Positions 1 through 9,493 of a DNA stretch of 64,000 nucleotides are shown piece by piece. This stretch comes from an uncultured Thermoplasmatales archaeon (lineage in GTDB: Archaea > Thermoplasmatota > E2 > UBA202 > DSCA01), in the NCBI GenBank assembly GCA_964514975.1, contig CAZESS010000007.1:8028-72027 (forward strand). Reading direction: 5' to 3'. The position numbers and the translations under genes were made by a program. Position 1 is the first letter of the stretch. Every line of letters begins with the position of its first letter. The notes under the pieces are model-generated. The model saw only the letters and a program-made list of their open reading frames with translations, ran no database searches and was not told where the DNA came from.

Positions 1-1001
1 AGCAGGTATGCCAGTTTGGGGTTCACCACTAATGTTCGGCCTGTTAGCTCCGCTACGTTTTTTAATGTTTCAAACCGAGTGGTATCCTTCCAACCGAAAT
101 CAACAATAGCGAGGCCGTCCTTTTGTTCAATCATCTTCTGCATATCTTCTTCTACCCCTAGTTCGTCATCCCGTGCCTCTTTATCGATTCTGGTTCCTTC
201 ACACAGCAAAATATCTACAGGGGCATCTTGGATAAACAATTTGAAAGCCTTGGTTCTTTCCATAAAGCGTCCGTGAAATCTGATGTCGCCTGTATACAGC
301 AGCCGTGTACCATCTGAAGTTACAATATAGAATGCGCTTGCCCCTGGCACGCTATGATCAACGGGAAGCATGCGGACCTGTAGAGTTCCAATGGAAATTG
401 GCTCTTTGGATTCTATGGGCCGTATATCTCGTGGGCGTGGTTCTTCTGTTTTTATGCGAGGCTCATCAGGAAACGTGGATCGCTCGGATGTATGGGCTAT
501 TATTCTCTTTTTTATTTGGTAGAACTCGTTTTCTATGCCGCTGCGGGAGACATCAGAGATCGCTTGTAGCATAACCTTGGTGATTGGAGAGCAGTAGATG
601 GGTATCTCGGGGTCTAGATAGGAAATATATTGGTAGTGATCTGCATGTGCATGGCTCAGGAGCACAGCGTCAAGGTAGGGCTTTCCTTCCTTTTTTTTGT
701 AATCTTGGTAGCTTTGTATGTCACAGGTCCAATATTCAGGGCAATCGTAGTCAGCAATCACATCCTCTGCTATATCGATGAGATCGTCTCGGTAAATGCC
801 ATCAACCGCCGGGAGCATGCCTAGCTGTAGAAGATCACGCAGGCAGGAATTGGTTCGTGGCTGCAAAAACTCGTCAAAATACGCGTTCTTTTGCCCGAAA
901 CTCATTCCGAAATCTAGGAAGACTCGGGTTCCATCATTTTCGAGTAAAAATTTATTACCACCGATTTCGTTTATGCCGCCAAAACAAGTTAGTTGGACCA
1001 T
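1..1001 (-). CDS. RNase J-like / beta-CASP metallo-beta-lactamase-fold nuclease (3' end runs off the window; absent from the ORF track)
   Basis: Manual translation from ATG 1001: MVQLTCFGGINEIGGNKFLLENDGTRVFLDFG...LLSHAHADHY...LPVDHSVPGA...YTGDIRFHG...LLCEGT. Has HxHxDH and the other RNase J-type MBL motifs; starts 13 bp after the stop of the UvrD-like gene. Confidence 0.88.
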   Translation of the reverse strand, partial: MVQLTCFGGINEIGGNKFLLENDGTRVFLDFGMSFGQKNAYFDEFLQPRTNSCLRDLLQLGMLPAVDGIYRDDLIDIAEDVIADYDCPEYWTCDIQSYQDYKKKEGKPYLDAVLLSHAHADHYQYISYLDPEIPIYCSPITKVMLQAISDVSRSGIENEFYQIKKRIIAHTSERSTFPDEPRIKTEEPRPRDIRPIESKEPISIGTLQVRMLPVDHSVPGASAFYIVTSDGTRLLYTGDIRFHGRFMERTKAFKLFIQDAPVDILLCEGTRIDKEARDDELGVEEDMQKMIEQKDGLAIVDFGWKDTTRFETLKNVAELTGRTLVVNPKLAYL

Positions 1002-1014
1002 ATTATTTCCCTCA

Positions 1015-3087
1015 TTAATCGGTATGTTTTTCGATTATCTCTCGTATTGCCTCTATGTCAAGGTCTGATTCGTATTTGCCAAGGGAGTAGTCAGTCCTGT
1101 AGAGTTGGTAGGCAAATTTTATGGCTGTTTTTTTATCTCTTTGTTTTACGAAATGAAGATAATTTTTTATGACATCTTCACGGAGGCGTTGTTCGATATT
1201 TGTTTGTTTTTTATGCTTTCTAACATCTTTTTGGGAGAGATGTTTGATGTTGATAAAATTTTGATTGATGTCTTTGAGAAAATCGCAATAATCTCTGTGA
1301 TCACATGTTATTATCAGTTCGTTCATGGCACGGGTCATAGCAACGTATAACAACTTTTTTTGCTGGGTAACATATATGTCTCTTTCTTCTTCGTCAATAT
1401 TTTTTAACCCAGAGAGAAAAAACTTGTTGTCTGCTCCTAAAATGTATACCAATGGAAACTCTAGGCCTTTAGAGGACTGCAGCGTAATACATTTCACCGT
1501 ATTTGCGTTGACGTCCACTGAATCCTTGTAAAAAGACGCATTGATACCTCTTTCTTCTAATTTTTCTGCTACTTTTTTAGCATAATAGGTCCGAGGGCTC
1601 AGTACGCCAATATTTTTTCTAAGGCAGGATGCCGTATCAATTCGGTAGCTTATGTCATCTACAATCCATTCTATCTGGTCTTGAAATGATCCATCAAATT
1701 TTAGCAGTACCGGCTTTAACCCTGTTTTTACAGAACATTCTGGGTCTAATATGTTATCCATATCTGCAATATCTGGATTTTTATCCACAAAACTTTGAGC
1801 TGCCTGCAAAATCTGTTTGGTATTGCGATGATTTTTTGATAATACGTATACATTTTTTGAGCCAATGGTTACCCCGATGTCAGCCCAGCTGAAGCCACTT
1901 TGATAAATACTCTGTGCAGCATCTGCCACTATAAACAATCGGTTTGGATCTTCCACTAACTGCATTGCTATAGAAAAAGCAATTTTATACAAATCTTGAG
2001 CCTCATCGATAATAACATAGTCATATTTTCTGCATTTGGACGTTCTCAGTGTCTCCAATGTTTTTACCAGAATATCAATATAATCATCTCTCCAATTTTT
2101 CAGTCTTTCGTATTCTTCGTATACTTTCCAGACAATTTTTCGTGCTTGTTGGCCGAGAGAGGTCCCACAGCCAATCCTATCGACATCCATATATTGATCA
2201 AACTGAGCTTCGGCTCTCCCCTTAATGATTTCATCAATCTCCTTCCGCCAAAAGCTAAAATTTCTACTGAATAATCTGCTTCGCTCATCTTGTTGCACAT
2301 TTTTAACAGCTTGCTTCAATAAATCATTTAATTTTTCTTGCCATTTATGGTACTTCGGAGGTTTCACTTTCTTGTTATGTCTCTTCAGATACTTTGTGCA
2401 CCATCGATGCAACGTTGAAATCTCTACGCCTTTTGGAATACCGCCCGATAACTCGCTGATTAAAGTTTCTGCAGCTTCCATTAAGCTATGGTTGTATGTA
2501 AGATAGAGAATTCTGTTGGAGTCATTGGCAAAATTTCTCATCCTATAAATTGCAATGGTTGTTTTTCCAGATCCTACCACTCCTTTCACCAAGATGGGGC
2601 TTTTATCCGTTTGTTTTCTCATGAGTTCTTTTTGTTCATCTTCCAGCCTCAGCAAAAGCTGGACAATGTCTCTGCGATAGAATCGACTGAGATGTGTTTC
2701 ATCCTCAGCTTCATAGTAGACTGGTGACTGCCGTTTTTTTGAGGCATGCTGCACTAGCCATTGATCAAGTTTTAATCTCGTTTCAATACTTATCGGTAAA
2801 TTTTTTAGATCTGCTACATCGGTCGCTGCTCTAACATGATCAAAATATCGTTCGGGAATACCCATTTGACGAAGAGCATCATCTTCAAGCAAAGTGAAAG
2901 GGGCTCCATCAATCCCTTCTAATGCCAGCGTTTCTCCTTCTTTCTCAAATATAATTTGCTTATCGGTCTCAATAGTTACGGCTTCTTCCCCCTCACCTAT
3001 CACTTCTGTGAGTGATGCTGATAACTTTTCTTTATCTGGATAATTTTGCAGTTGCTGAGCACAGCTTTCTTTGACATAGATTTCCAT
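1015..3087 (-). CDS. UvrD/Rep-like SF1A helicase with extra N-terminal domain
   Basis: Walker A GVVGSGKT, IIDEAQD, motif III ADAAQSIY, SSKGLEF, LYVAMTRA. N-terminus includes LRQMGIPERY, reminiscent of RelE-fused SF1 helicases. Confidence 0.9.
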   Translation of the reverse strand: MEIYVKESCAQQLQNYPDKEKLSASLTEVIGEGEEAVTIETDKQIIFEKEGETLALEGIDGAPFTLLEDDALRQMGIPERYFDHVRAATDVADLKNLPISIETRLKLDQWLVQHASKKRQSPVYYEAEDETHLSRFYRRDIVQLLLRLEDEQKELMRKQTDKSPILVKGVVGSGKTTIAIYRMRNFANDSNRILYLTYNHSLMEAAETLISELSGGIPKGVEISTLHRWCTKYLKRHNKKVKPPKYHKWQEKLNDLLKQAVKNVQQDERSRLFSRNFSFWRKEIDEIIKGRAEAQFDQYMDVDRIGCGTSLGQQARKIVWKVYEEYERLKNWRDDYIDILVKTLETLRTSKCRKYDYVIIDEAQDLYKIAFSIAMQLVEDPNRLFIVADAAQSIYQSGFSWADIGVTIGSKNVYVLSKNHRNTKQILQAAQSFVDKNPDIADMDNILDPECSVKTGLKPVLLKFDGSFQDQIEWIVDDISYRIDTASCLRKNIGVLSPRTYYAKKVAEKLEERGINASFYKDSVDVNANTVKCITLQSSKGLEFPLVYILGADNKFFLSGLKNIDEEERDIYVTQQKKLLYVAMTRAMNELIITCDHRDYCDFLKDINQNFINIKHLSQKDVRKHKKQTNIEQRLREDVIKNYLHFVKQRDKKTAIKFAYQLYRTDYSLGKYESDLDIEAIREIIEKHTD

Positions 3088-3091
3088 TTTA

Positions 3092-5311
3092 TCACATAAT
3101 AATTTGTTCCATTTCTTGTCCTCTTTTCAGGGCCTCTATCTCATTTATAGGGACAGTAATAGTTACATTTCCACTAGATATCTGTTTATTTATTCGTACT
3201 CTGTGTCCTTCAACTTTGTCAATTGGATATATCTCTCCTCGCCATTGGACAAACAAATAATCTTTCGCCATTTCACGCACAGTTGATAATTCATACATCC
3301 TTTTAGTAGCCGGCCACTCAGATCCAATAGATGCAAAGATGAGGTCAAGTTGATCTAAATCTGTTAATTTGATAGCTTGCCCCCATCTGTCAGCGATGCC
3401 AAGCATTTTGGTGACAAGTCCACCTGGCAGATGTTTGCGAAACGTATCAGCATGCGCTATTATCATCAATCTTTTTTTTGCCCGCGATAACGCAACATTA
3501 AGAAGCATCGGAAGCGCACGATGTTTTTTTTCATTGAGAAAATGGGGGGGAACGGGTGGCGCGTCACAGAGATCCAAAATTATAACGTCTCGTTCTTGGC
3601 CCTGAAATGAGTGGATAGTATTAACAGCAACATCTAGATTAGCCACGTTTTCTTTACTTTTTTCAAGATTTTCAAGAACTTGTTTTATAATCCGACGTTG
3701 CCCTCTATATGGCGTTAAAATCCCAACAGTCGTATCTGCTTGAATACGTCCCACTATATAGGAGATTATTTGGGCATGTTTTATGTTCATTCTCGTTTCT
3801 TCCTTTGTCTCATTCCGTGCATCAAATCCACTGGTATCGATTAAAAATACGGCACCATCTGAGGGCGACATTGGCTGTTTTCTTGAAGATATGGGAATGT
3901 TTTTTAATATCTTGTTAGCGGCTGTATTTAGTTTCCCCCAGTAGAATAGCTGATTCACTATGGTGCATATGTCTGGATGCATTCTATATTGGGTTTGCAA
4001 TATTGGCCGCTTCGGATATTCCTGCATCGCGTTATCTAATTTTGCGTACTCGAAAATATTTGTACCAAGCTGGGTTTCAACCCATGGCATATCAGACTGG
4101 ACAATCGGAGGTAACTGATTAAAATCACCCACTAAGATAAGTGATCGATCAGTTTTCCCAGCTGCATTAATGACTTGGGGAACAGATGCACAACTCACTT
4201 CGTCGATGATTAAAACATCGATATTTTCTAGGTAGGCATCCAGCTGACTATCTGAATATAATTTCGTTAGCGTGGTTCCTATAACTGCTGCTTCTTCAAC
4301 GGCCTGATACACAATCGTTTGTAATTCAGCGTTAATTTTTTTACCTTTAGTTATTTTATCTTCAGAGATATCTGACTGATGAGCTTTAGACATAATATAT
4401 CTCAGAAGCATTCTGGTGTTCATGTCTTTTTTATGTTTCATTTCCTTTTCTTCCATTACTTCAGATCCCAAATCTAACACGGCTTTCCTAAGGTCTAGGT
4501 GTTCACGCTGTACAATTCTTTCAACAGCTTCATCAACTCCTGGCACCTTGTCATTAATTTCTGTAGAGAAATGACCATATCGAAGGAGCTTATGCCGCTG
4601 ATTGAACTTTATAGAACATGCTAATACACTGTTAAGCGCGGTGTCGACAGCTACATTGGTATGGCTTGTTAATAAAACCCTTTTCCCACGTTGTACAAAC
4701 TCATGGGTAAGAACACCTAAGGCAGTTGTTTTTCCTGTCCCCGGCGGCCCCCAGATATATAGTATATCGCTTCCAAGAGCTTTTTCTAAGGCCTTTAATT
4801 GAAACTTGTTTAAATCATATCGATGCTTCACTTTCTTTCTTCCAACATCACCATTGTTATGTAGTAGTTTTTTGATAAGATCGATGTTATAGTCTTCAGG
4901 GTTATCTTTGATAGATGTCAAGGCTTGGGAAAGTTTTTCCAACAAATATGTTAGATCAAAGATTAATCGTCCTCCTGCCAGGTCATCTCCAATGAATTCA
5001 TCAAAATGTATATGTAGAATGTCCTCGTCTTTGTTACAGAATTCGATCTGGCCGAAGATGAATGGGATACCATGTTCCTCATTTGAATAACTGACACTGG
5101 TATCTATAGGAATTTTTTTGTATAGTGTTCCAACGGCAAACTGGTACAAAAAACCGTCACCACTTTGGTCTATGAGAGTAGCAGAGACAACAGGAAGGGG
5201 TTCGCCGATGCCTTTCCGATGCATATCACTTCGAATCCAATTTATTTCCCCAAATATCGCTTGTTGTAAGTCGTTAAACAATTGGATCTCGTCTTGTGAC
5301 CACATCGACAT
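3092..5311 (-). CDS. Upf1/DNA2/NAM7-like SF1B helicase (AAA_11/AAA_12)
   Basis: GPPGTGKT, SHTNVAVD, IIDEVS, VGDFNQLPP, QYRMHPDI, TPYRGQ, TIHSFQGQE, NVALSRAK. Confidence 0.92.
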   Translation of the reverse strand: MSMWSQDEIQLFNDLQQAIFGEINWIRSDMHRKGIGEPLPVVSATLIDQSGDGFLYQFAVGTLYKKIPIDTSVSYSNEEHGIPFIFGQIEFCNKDEDILHIHFDEFIGDDLAGGRLIFDLTYLLEKLSQALTSIKDNPEDYNIDLIKKLLHNNGDVGRKKVKHRYDLNKFQLKALEKALGSDILYIWGPPGTGKTTALGVLTHEFVQRGKRVLLTSHTNVAVDTALNSVLACSIKFNQRHKLLRYGHFSTEINDKVPGVDEAVERIVQREHLDLRKAVLDLGSEVMEEKEMKHKKDMNTRMLLRYIMSKAHQSDISEDKITKGKKINAELQTIVYQAVEEAAVIGTTLTKLYSDSQLDAYLENIDVLIIDEVSCASVPQVINAAGKTDRSLILVGDFNQLPPIVQSDMPWVETQLGTNIFEYAKLDNAMQEYPKRPILQTQYRMHPDICTIVNQLFYWGKLNTAANKILKNIPISSRKQPMSPSDGAVFLIDTSGFDARNETKEETRMNIKHAQIISYIVGRIQADTTVGILTPYRGQRRIIKQVLENLEKSKENVANLDVAVNTIHSFQGQERDVIILDLCDAPPVPPHFLNEKKHRALPMLLNVALSRAKKRLMIIAHADTFRKHLPGGLVTKMLGIADRWGQAIKLTDLDQLDLIFASIGSEWPATKRMYELSTVREMAKDYLFVQWRGEIYPIDKVEGHRVRINKQISSGNVTITVPINEIEALKRGQEMEQIIM

Positions 5312-5329
5312 ATCACAAATAAGAATATA

Positions 5330-5337
5330 TTTATAAA
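5330..5337 (-). promoter_or_regulatory. Archaeal TATA box of the helicase-helicase-nuclease operon
   Basis: TTTATAAA 19-26 bp upstream of ATG 5311, consistent with a leaderless transcript. Confidence 0.55.
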
Positions 5338-5401
5338 TGTTTTATCCAGTTAAAAAATTTGTGTGAATGAAATTTAATGGGCTAACAAAAATTGGATGAT
5401 A

Positions 5402-6951
5402 GGTAGATACAGATTAGCCGTCTTCATATAAAAGGCTGAGTGTTTTTGAGGGAGGCCGTCGCTCAAAAAATTCCGTAAAAAAGAAGAGAATCCCATCCGC
5501 TTTGGAGAGTGGGAATCGAAATGGGATGGGATGAGTTACAAATAGACACGCTCATAAAAACCTGTCGAAAAAAGCTGGACGAGGAGCTCAGTGATGACGG
5601 ACCACAGTTCCCATTGTTCGAAAACCCGACGGAGCAACATCCGGTGGAGACCTCGGAGTTCCTATCGCATCTCCACCTAAATTTCCTGAACCGGATACCC
5701 CGTGAGCTGTTCCCCCGGCTGGAACAGATCAAGCCAGGGGTCCACGCCCGAGTACGGCTGGTGCTCTTCATGAAGCTCCAGGGCATCCAGTACATAACCG
5801 AGGCCTACCGGATCCTGCAGACCAGGCCCATCGTTGCTGAGAACCTCGGGTTTAATCCCACCCATCTGCCGTCCTATGAGACCATACGGCACTTCATCAA
5901 CGATCTGCTGGCGGACATGATCGATGACATATTCTACCGTGTGGTACGGGAGATAGACCGGTATCTGTCGAAGCAGGGGGAATCGCTTGCGAAAGCCCGG
6001 GAAGATGCCACCGTGATCACCGCCCGGCGTGGCGATGCCACCGCATCGTACAGCGGCTATTACAAGACCTGGGGATGGAAAAAGGACCTGATGGTATCCG
6101 AGCAGGGCATCTTCCTCTCCTACAGAGACATGGCGATAACCGACGACGAAGGACAAGCACTCCCCTCTCATCTCGGGACACTGCAGGACCATGGCATCCG
6201 ACTGGACAGCCTCATCGTGGACGGCGGATATCCCAGCTACCGGAACATCGCCATCGCCCACTGCGGATATGGAACGACGCTGCTGTACAAGCCCCAGCAA
6301 CACTAAACCTACAACGAGACGGGCAGCCCCACGGCCATACGGGAACGGTACAGCCGATACTGGCGAGACAAAAGGCATCGGCCAAACGTGGACAGCGAGT
6401 ACATGCTGCAGTTTCTGTACACGAAACGGGAATATGAACGGGTCGGCGCCTGGTTCCGCAACCATCAGGTCCACCGCTATCAGGCGAATGAGCAACTCCG
6501 AGATGAGATCGCTCAGGGGCGAAACCAGAGCGAGGGCTTCAACTCCTACCTGAAGCAACATGTGGGCTTTGAATGCATGCTCCCCTGGAAAGGAGCGGAG
6601 CACGCGTTCTTGCACACCACGCTGTGCCTGCTATCGGTGAACCTGGTGGCGTTGACCCGGCTGCAGAACGGCGTAACGGACAACCTGACCAGCGTCGCCT
6701 ATCTGACATAAATTGAGCGTGTCACCGCAAAAATGGAAAAGCATCGACGCCATTCATTCAGTGTGGGATAGCATCACATCACGGGATATACACCCAATTT
6801 TTACCTGCTTTTTACCCGCGGCTGAACTGCGCAGGTAATTGTTGGCTGCAAACAGCCAAAAAATCGATGCGTCTGCCGCCCTCTTGTTGCATCCCGCCTG
6901 CTACATGACAAAAAAATACAGACGAAAAACCGGCAAATCTGTAACCACCCC
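5402..6951 (+). mobile_element. Insertion sequence (DDE_Tnp_1-type, IS4/IS5-like superfamily)
   Basis: Imperfect terminal inverted repeats GGTAGATACAGATTAGCCG (5402-5420) and CGGCAAATCTGTAACCACC (6931-6949), 16/19 match. Direct repeat ATGATAGGT at 5396-5404 and 6952-6960. Higher GC than flanks. Confidence 0.75.
5509..6711 (+). pseudogene. DDE transposase interrupted by one in-frame TAA (6304-6306)
   Basis: ORFs 5509..6306 and 6388..6711 are in the same frame. Motifs EDATVI, VDGGY and RNQSEGFNSYLK give a D-D-E triad split by the stop. Confidence 0.8.
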
Positions 6952-7051
6952 ATGATAGGTTAATTTTTTGAACGTAAATATATTTATATCAAATTCAGTT
7001 TGTACATTTGATTCGTGAGATGCAAATTGGGCTAATTAACGGGTGAACCTA

Positions 7052-7900
7052 ATGGGAACTAATAATGAGACTTCGAAAAGCTTATCAGATAAATACGAAT
7101 CCGCAATAAAAAACCAAAAATTTCTTCCCTTCATTAAAGCCTTAAAAGAAAGTGTGGACGCATATTCTGGCGTTCATGCAGATATTCTTTCTTACTCGCC
7201 AGATTTTTTCGCTATGATTGTTTCATTGTACAAAAAAAATCTAGCTTCCCCCTACAAATATATGATCAACTCCACAATTTCATATTTTGTCTTACCAGAT
7301 GATATATTGCCTGAAGAAGAACTGGGAGTATTAGGATATTTGGAGGATCTTTACCTCTGCGCCCATGTGATAGAAAAATTGTCCACGGAAACCCAAACAA
7401 GAGATATGGTAAAAGAGTTGTGGCAACGAGATGAAGATGTTTTCAAAGTTGCTAAAAAGATAATCGAGGAAATAGAGGAAACTCCGAACCCATCTATTCA
7501 GGAAGCTATTCGCGAGGTGCTGACATTCAGCGGCATTAATGAGATTGAGAAACAAATAGAAAATCAAGTGCCAACCAATGAGCGCCCCGATACAACCTCC
7601 ACTACATCAAAGGAACGAGAGATACTTCGAAGTAACGAATTATTGCAGGACAGAATACCTGTCACAATTATGTTTCATTTGGCCAGTAAGGCCAAATATA
7701 ATAATATGTTGAATAGCTACCTACGAAAAGCTCTTTACGATTTTGCCAGCAAAAAACATAAACAAATCGAGTTTTCTCAAAAACAAATCGATTTTTTAGA
7801 AAACATTCTACAACAGGCGATAGATGAGGGAATCGTTGAAGCTTCATGTGAAGACGACCCTTGCGATAAATGCATCATACTTAAAGAATTGATAGGCTAA
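7052..7900 (+). CDS. YkvA/DUF1232-domain protein with C-terminal helical domain and CxxxxCxxC
   Basis: YFVLPDDILPEEELGVLGYLEDL matches the DUF1232 pattern; ends in SCEDDPCDKC. Start ATG 7052 (GTG 7043 possible). Confidence 0.7.
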   Translation: MGTNNETSKSLSDKYESAIKNQKFLPFIKALKESVDAYSGVHADILSYSPDFFAMIVSLYKKNLASPYKYMINSTISYFVLPDDILPEEELGVLGYLEDLYLCAHVIEKLSTETQTRDMVKELWQRDEDVFKVAKKIIEEIEETPNPSIQEAIREVLTFSGINEIEKQIENQVPTNERPDTTSTTSKEREILRSNELLQDRIPVTIMFHLASKAKYNNMLNSYLRKALYDFASKKHKQIEFSQKQIDFLENILQQAIDEGIVEASCEDDPCDKCIILKELIG

Positions 7901-8255
7901 TTTTAGAAGAGTGCCAACCTGAATATTTTATCACATACTATACGTCAGTAGTTTTATTTAATCCTCTTTGAAAGGAATATGACCATTAGCTCACACCTTT
8001 CATATATTAGGATAAAATTCTAACCATTTTGTTGTGCAAACGAAGCTAATTGAAGAAATTAAAAAAACGGAAGCCAATCTCAAAAATTTATAAACAATAT
8101 TTAAGGCCTGCTTTTCTCGAAGAAAACCACTGTTTCAGTCCCTGAATATTTCTCCGAAAATATCTCCGATTAAATCGCAGAAATAATCGCGTATTTGCCA
8201 CACCTTGCCGGGCTTGGCAAAAAAGCACTACCTACAACGTGTGGGTCTTTTCCCG

Positions 8256-8280
8256 AGGGGCGGAATCGCCCCTATTTTTT
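8256..8280. terminator. GC hairpin with T-run between convergent genes
   Basis: AGGGGCG-GAAT-CGCCCCT followed by ATTTTTT, directly after the stop of the minus-strand gene at 8279. Confidence 0.45.
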
Positions 8281-8806
8281 AAATTTTCTTTAAAATATCC
8301 TTAATCCTCGCTTCTACTTTATCCGTTAGTGTTTCTGCCGATTCAGCACAAATAATTTCAATTTCTCCCAACGATGAATCGGTTGCCATTTCGCTGAGTC
8401 TTTCTGATATTTCTTTTGTTCTCTTGCATATACCAGAACCTTCTGGTTTTAAAATGCCAAGAATCACATGTGTCTGGTTTAACTTTAGAGGCTCATCAAA
8501 ATCCATAATATGAGCTTCGTCTGCAAGAATAGCGGACATAAGATCTCCGATTATCAATTTTGGCCGAAATTTTGTTTCCTCTATCTCACAGAGAATCCTT
8601 ATATTTTCGCCATCAAATATAGCTAAATCTGCCTCACCAAGATCATATTTTGTGTTATCTTTACTTTTAAAATATAATGTAATTTCCTTAACATTATCAT
8701 CTTCTTTTGTATTGCCATGGTCAAAACATATTTCGAGGTTGGAATTGAAATCTTTAATGCAATCTCTCATTTTTTTACCTAGTATGACTGTATTTTCTCC
8801 ACTCAT
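8279..8806 (-). CDS. Hypothetical protein, possible PD-(D/E)xK-like nuclease fold
   Basis: Likely start MSGENTV at 8806, because the ORF-track extension translates a palindromic repeat. Motif EADLAIF...LCEIEE resembles a D...ExE nuclease core. Confidence 0.6.
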   Translation of the reverse strand: MSGENTVILGKKMRDCIKDFNSNLEICFDHGNTKEDDNVKEITLYFKSKDNTKYDLGEADLAIFDGENIRILCEIEETKFRPKLIIGDLMSAILADEAHIMDFDEPLKLNQTHVILGILKPEGSGICKRTKEISERLSEMATDSSLGEIEIICAESAETLTDKVEARIKDILKKI

Positions 8807-8881
8807 AAAAGAACATATGTATAATGCGTTAAAATTTCTTACTATCTCCGAAAGTAAAAAGAATCGCCTAAAATCTGCTAT

Positions 8882-9008
8882 CCCACGGAGCAAGCTCCGG
8901 GGCATTACGCAGATTTTCAAGACGGCGATTCCTCTTTCAACAGGCTTCCACTCATGCAATTGTGGTCGGCCATTTATTTGCATAGCATCCCCACAGCAAG
9001 CTGCGGGG
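8882..9008. mobile_element. Small non-autonomous palindromic element (IS200/IS605-end-like, PATE/REP-like)
   Basis: Two similar hairpins in direct orientation: CCCACGGAGC-AA-GCTCCGGGG (8882-8902) and CCCCACAGC-AA-GCTGCGGGG (8989-9008), with no transposase between. Confidence 0.55.
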
Positions 9009-9201
9009 TATTCTAATAAAATAAAATCTAGCACCCTTTCTATCGCGATTATTTTTTCTACCGCCCGTTAGAACCGCCGTCTAACGCCGTCTCTCCGGGA
9101 GGGAAAGGCATTCTTATTAAGCCCGTCCTCGCGGGCTCTAGAGCCGTTAGAGGCCCCTCTAGATTTATCGACCGAATATGGTAAGTATACACTTATTTCT
9201 T

Positions 9202-9465
9202 TCAGGAGATTCTTGGGTCGTGAAGAACCGCCCAGACATATGAGGGACCTCTAACATACTTATTGATAGCCCCTGGCCCCTCCTTAATAGGCATCATACC
9301 ATAGGCCCACTCAAAATCAGCTTTCGATATGTTATAGTCGGTTCTACTAGGATGAAAGATATCTCCCTCTATCGAGTAAGTAAACCTTAATCCAGTCTTA
9401 GTATGGAAAATATCGCCCTCGTGCTCACGTATTTTCCTCCATATTTTTTCAAAATTTGTCATCAT
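9202..9465 (-). CDS. Small hypothetical protein (87 aa)
   Basis: Protein-like composition (FEKIWRKI...GPSYVWAVLHDPRI); co-oriented 28 bp downstream of the McrC-like gene. Confidence 0.7.
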   Translation of the reverse strand: MMTNFEKIWRKIREHEGDIFHTKTGLRFTYSIEGDIFHPSRTDYNISKADFEWAYGMMPIKEGPGAINKYVRGPSYVWAVLHDPRIS

Positions 9466-9493
9466 ATCTTAACTAGAATATGAATAAATGTGT

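Noticed and set aside
16-1068. Short plus-strand ORFs at the left edge
   Set aside because: Antisense to the RNase J-like gene found by manual translation.
6304-6306. Stop-codon readthrough or recoding in the transposase
   Set aside because: TAA terminates many genes here and is not a Sec/Pyl codon; a nonsense mutation is simpler.
5677-6615. 312-aa minus-strand ORF
   Set aside because: Antisense shadow of the transposase.
8040-8130. Possible remnant of an HsdS C-terminus (EEIKKTEANLKNL*TIFKACFS)
   Set aside because: Too short, interrupted by a stop, and only vaguely similar.
8807-9034. N-terminal extension of ORF 8279..9034
   Set aside because: Translates the palindromic element (YPAACCG, PRSLLRG); the real start is probably 8806.
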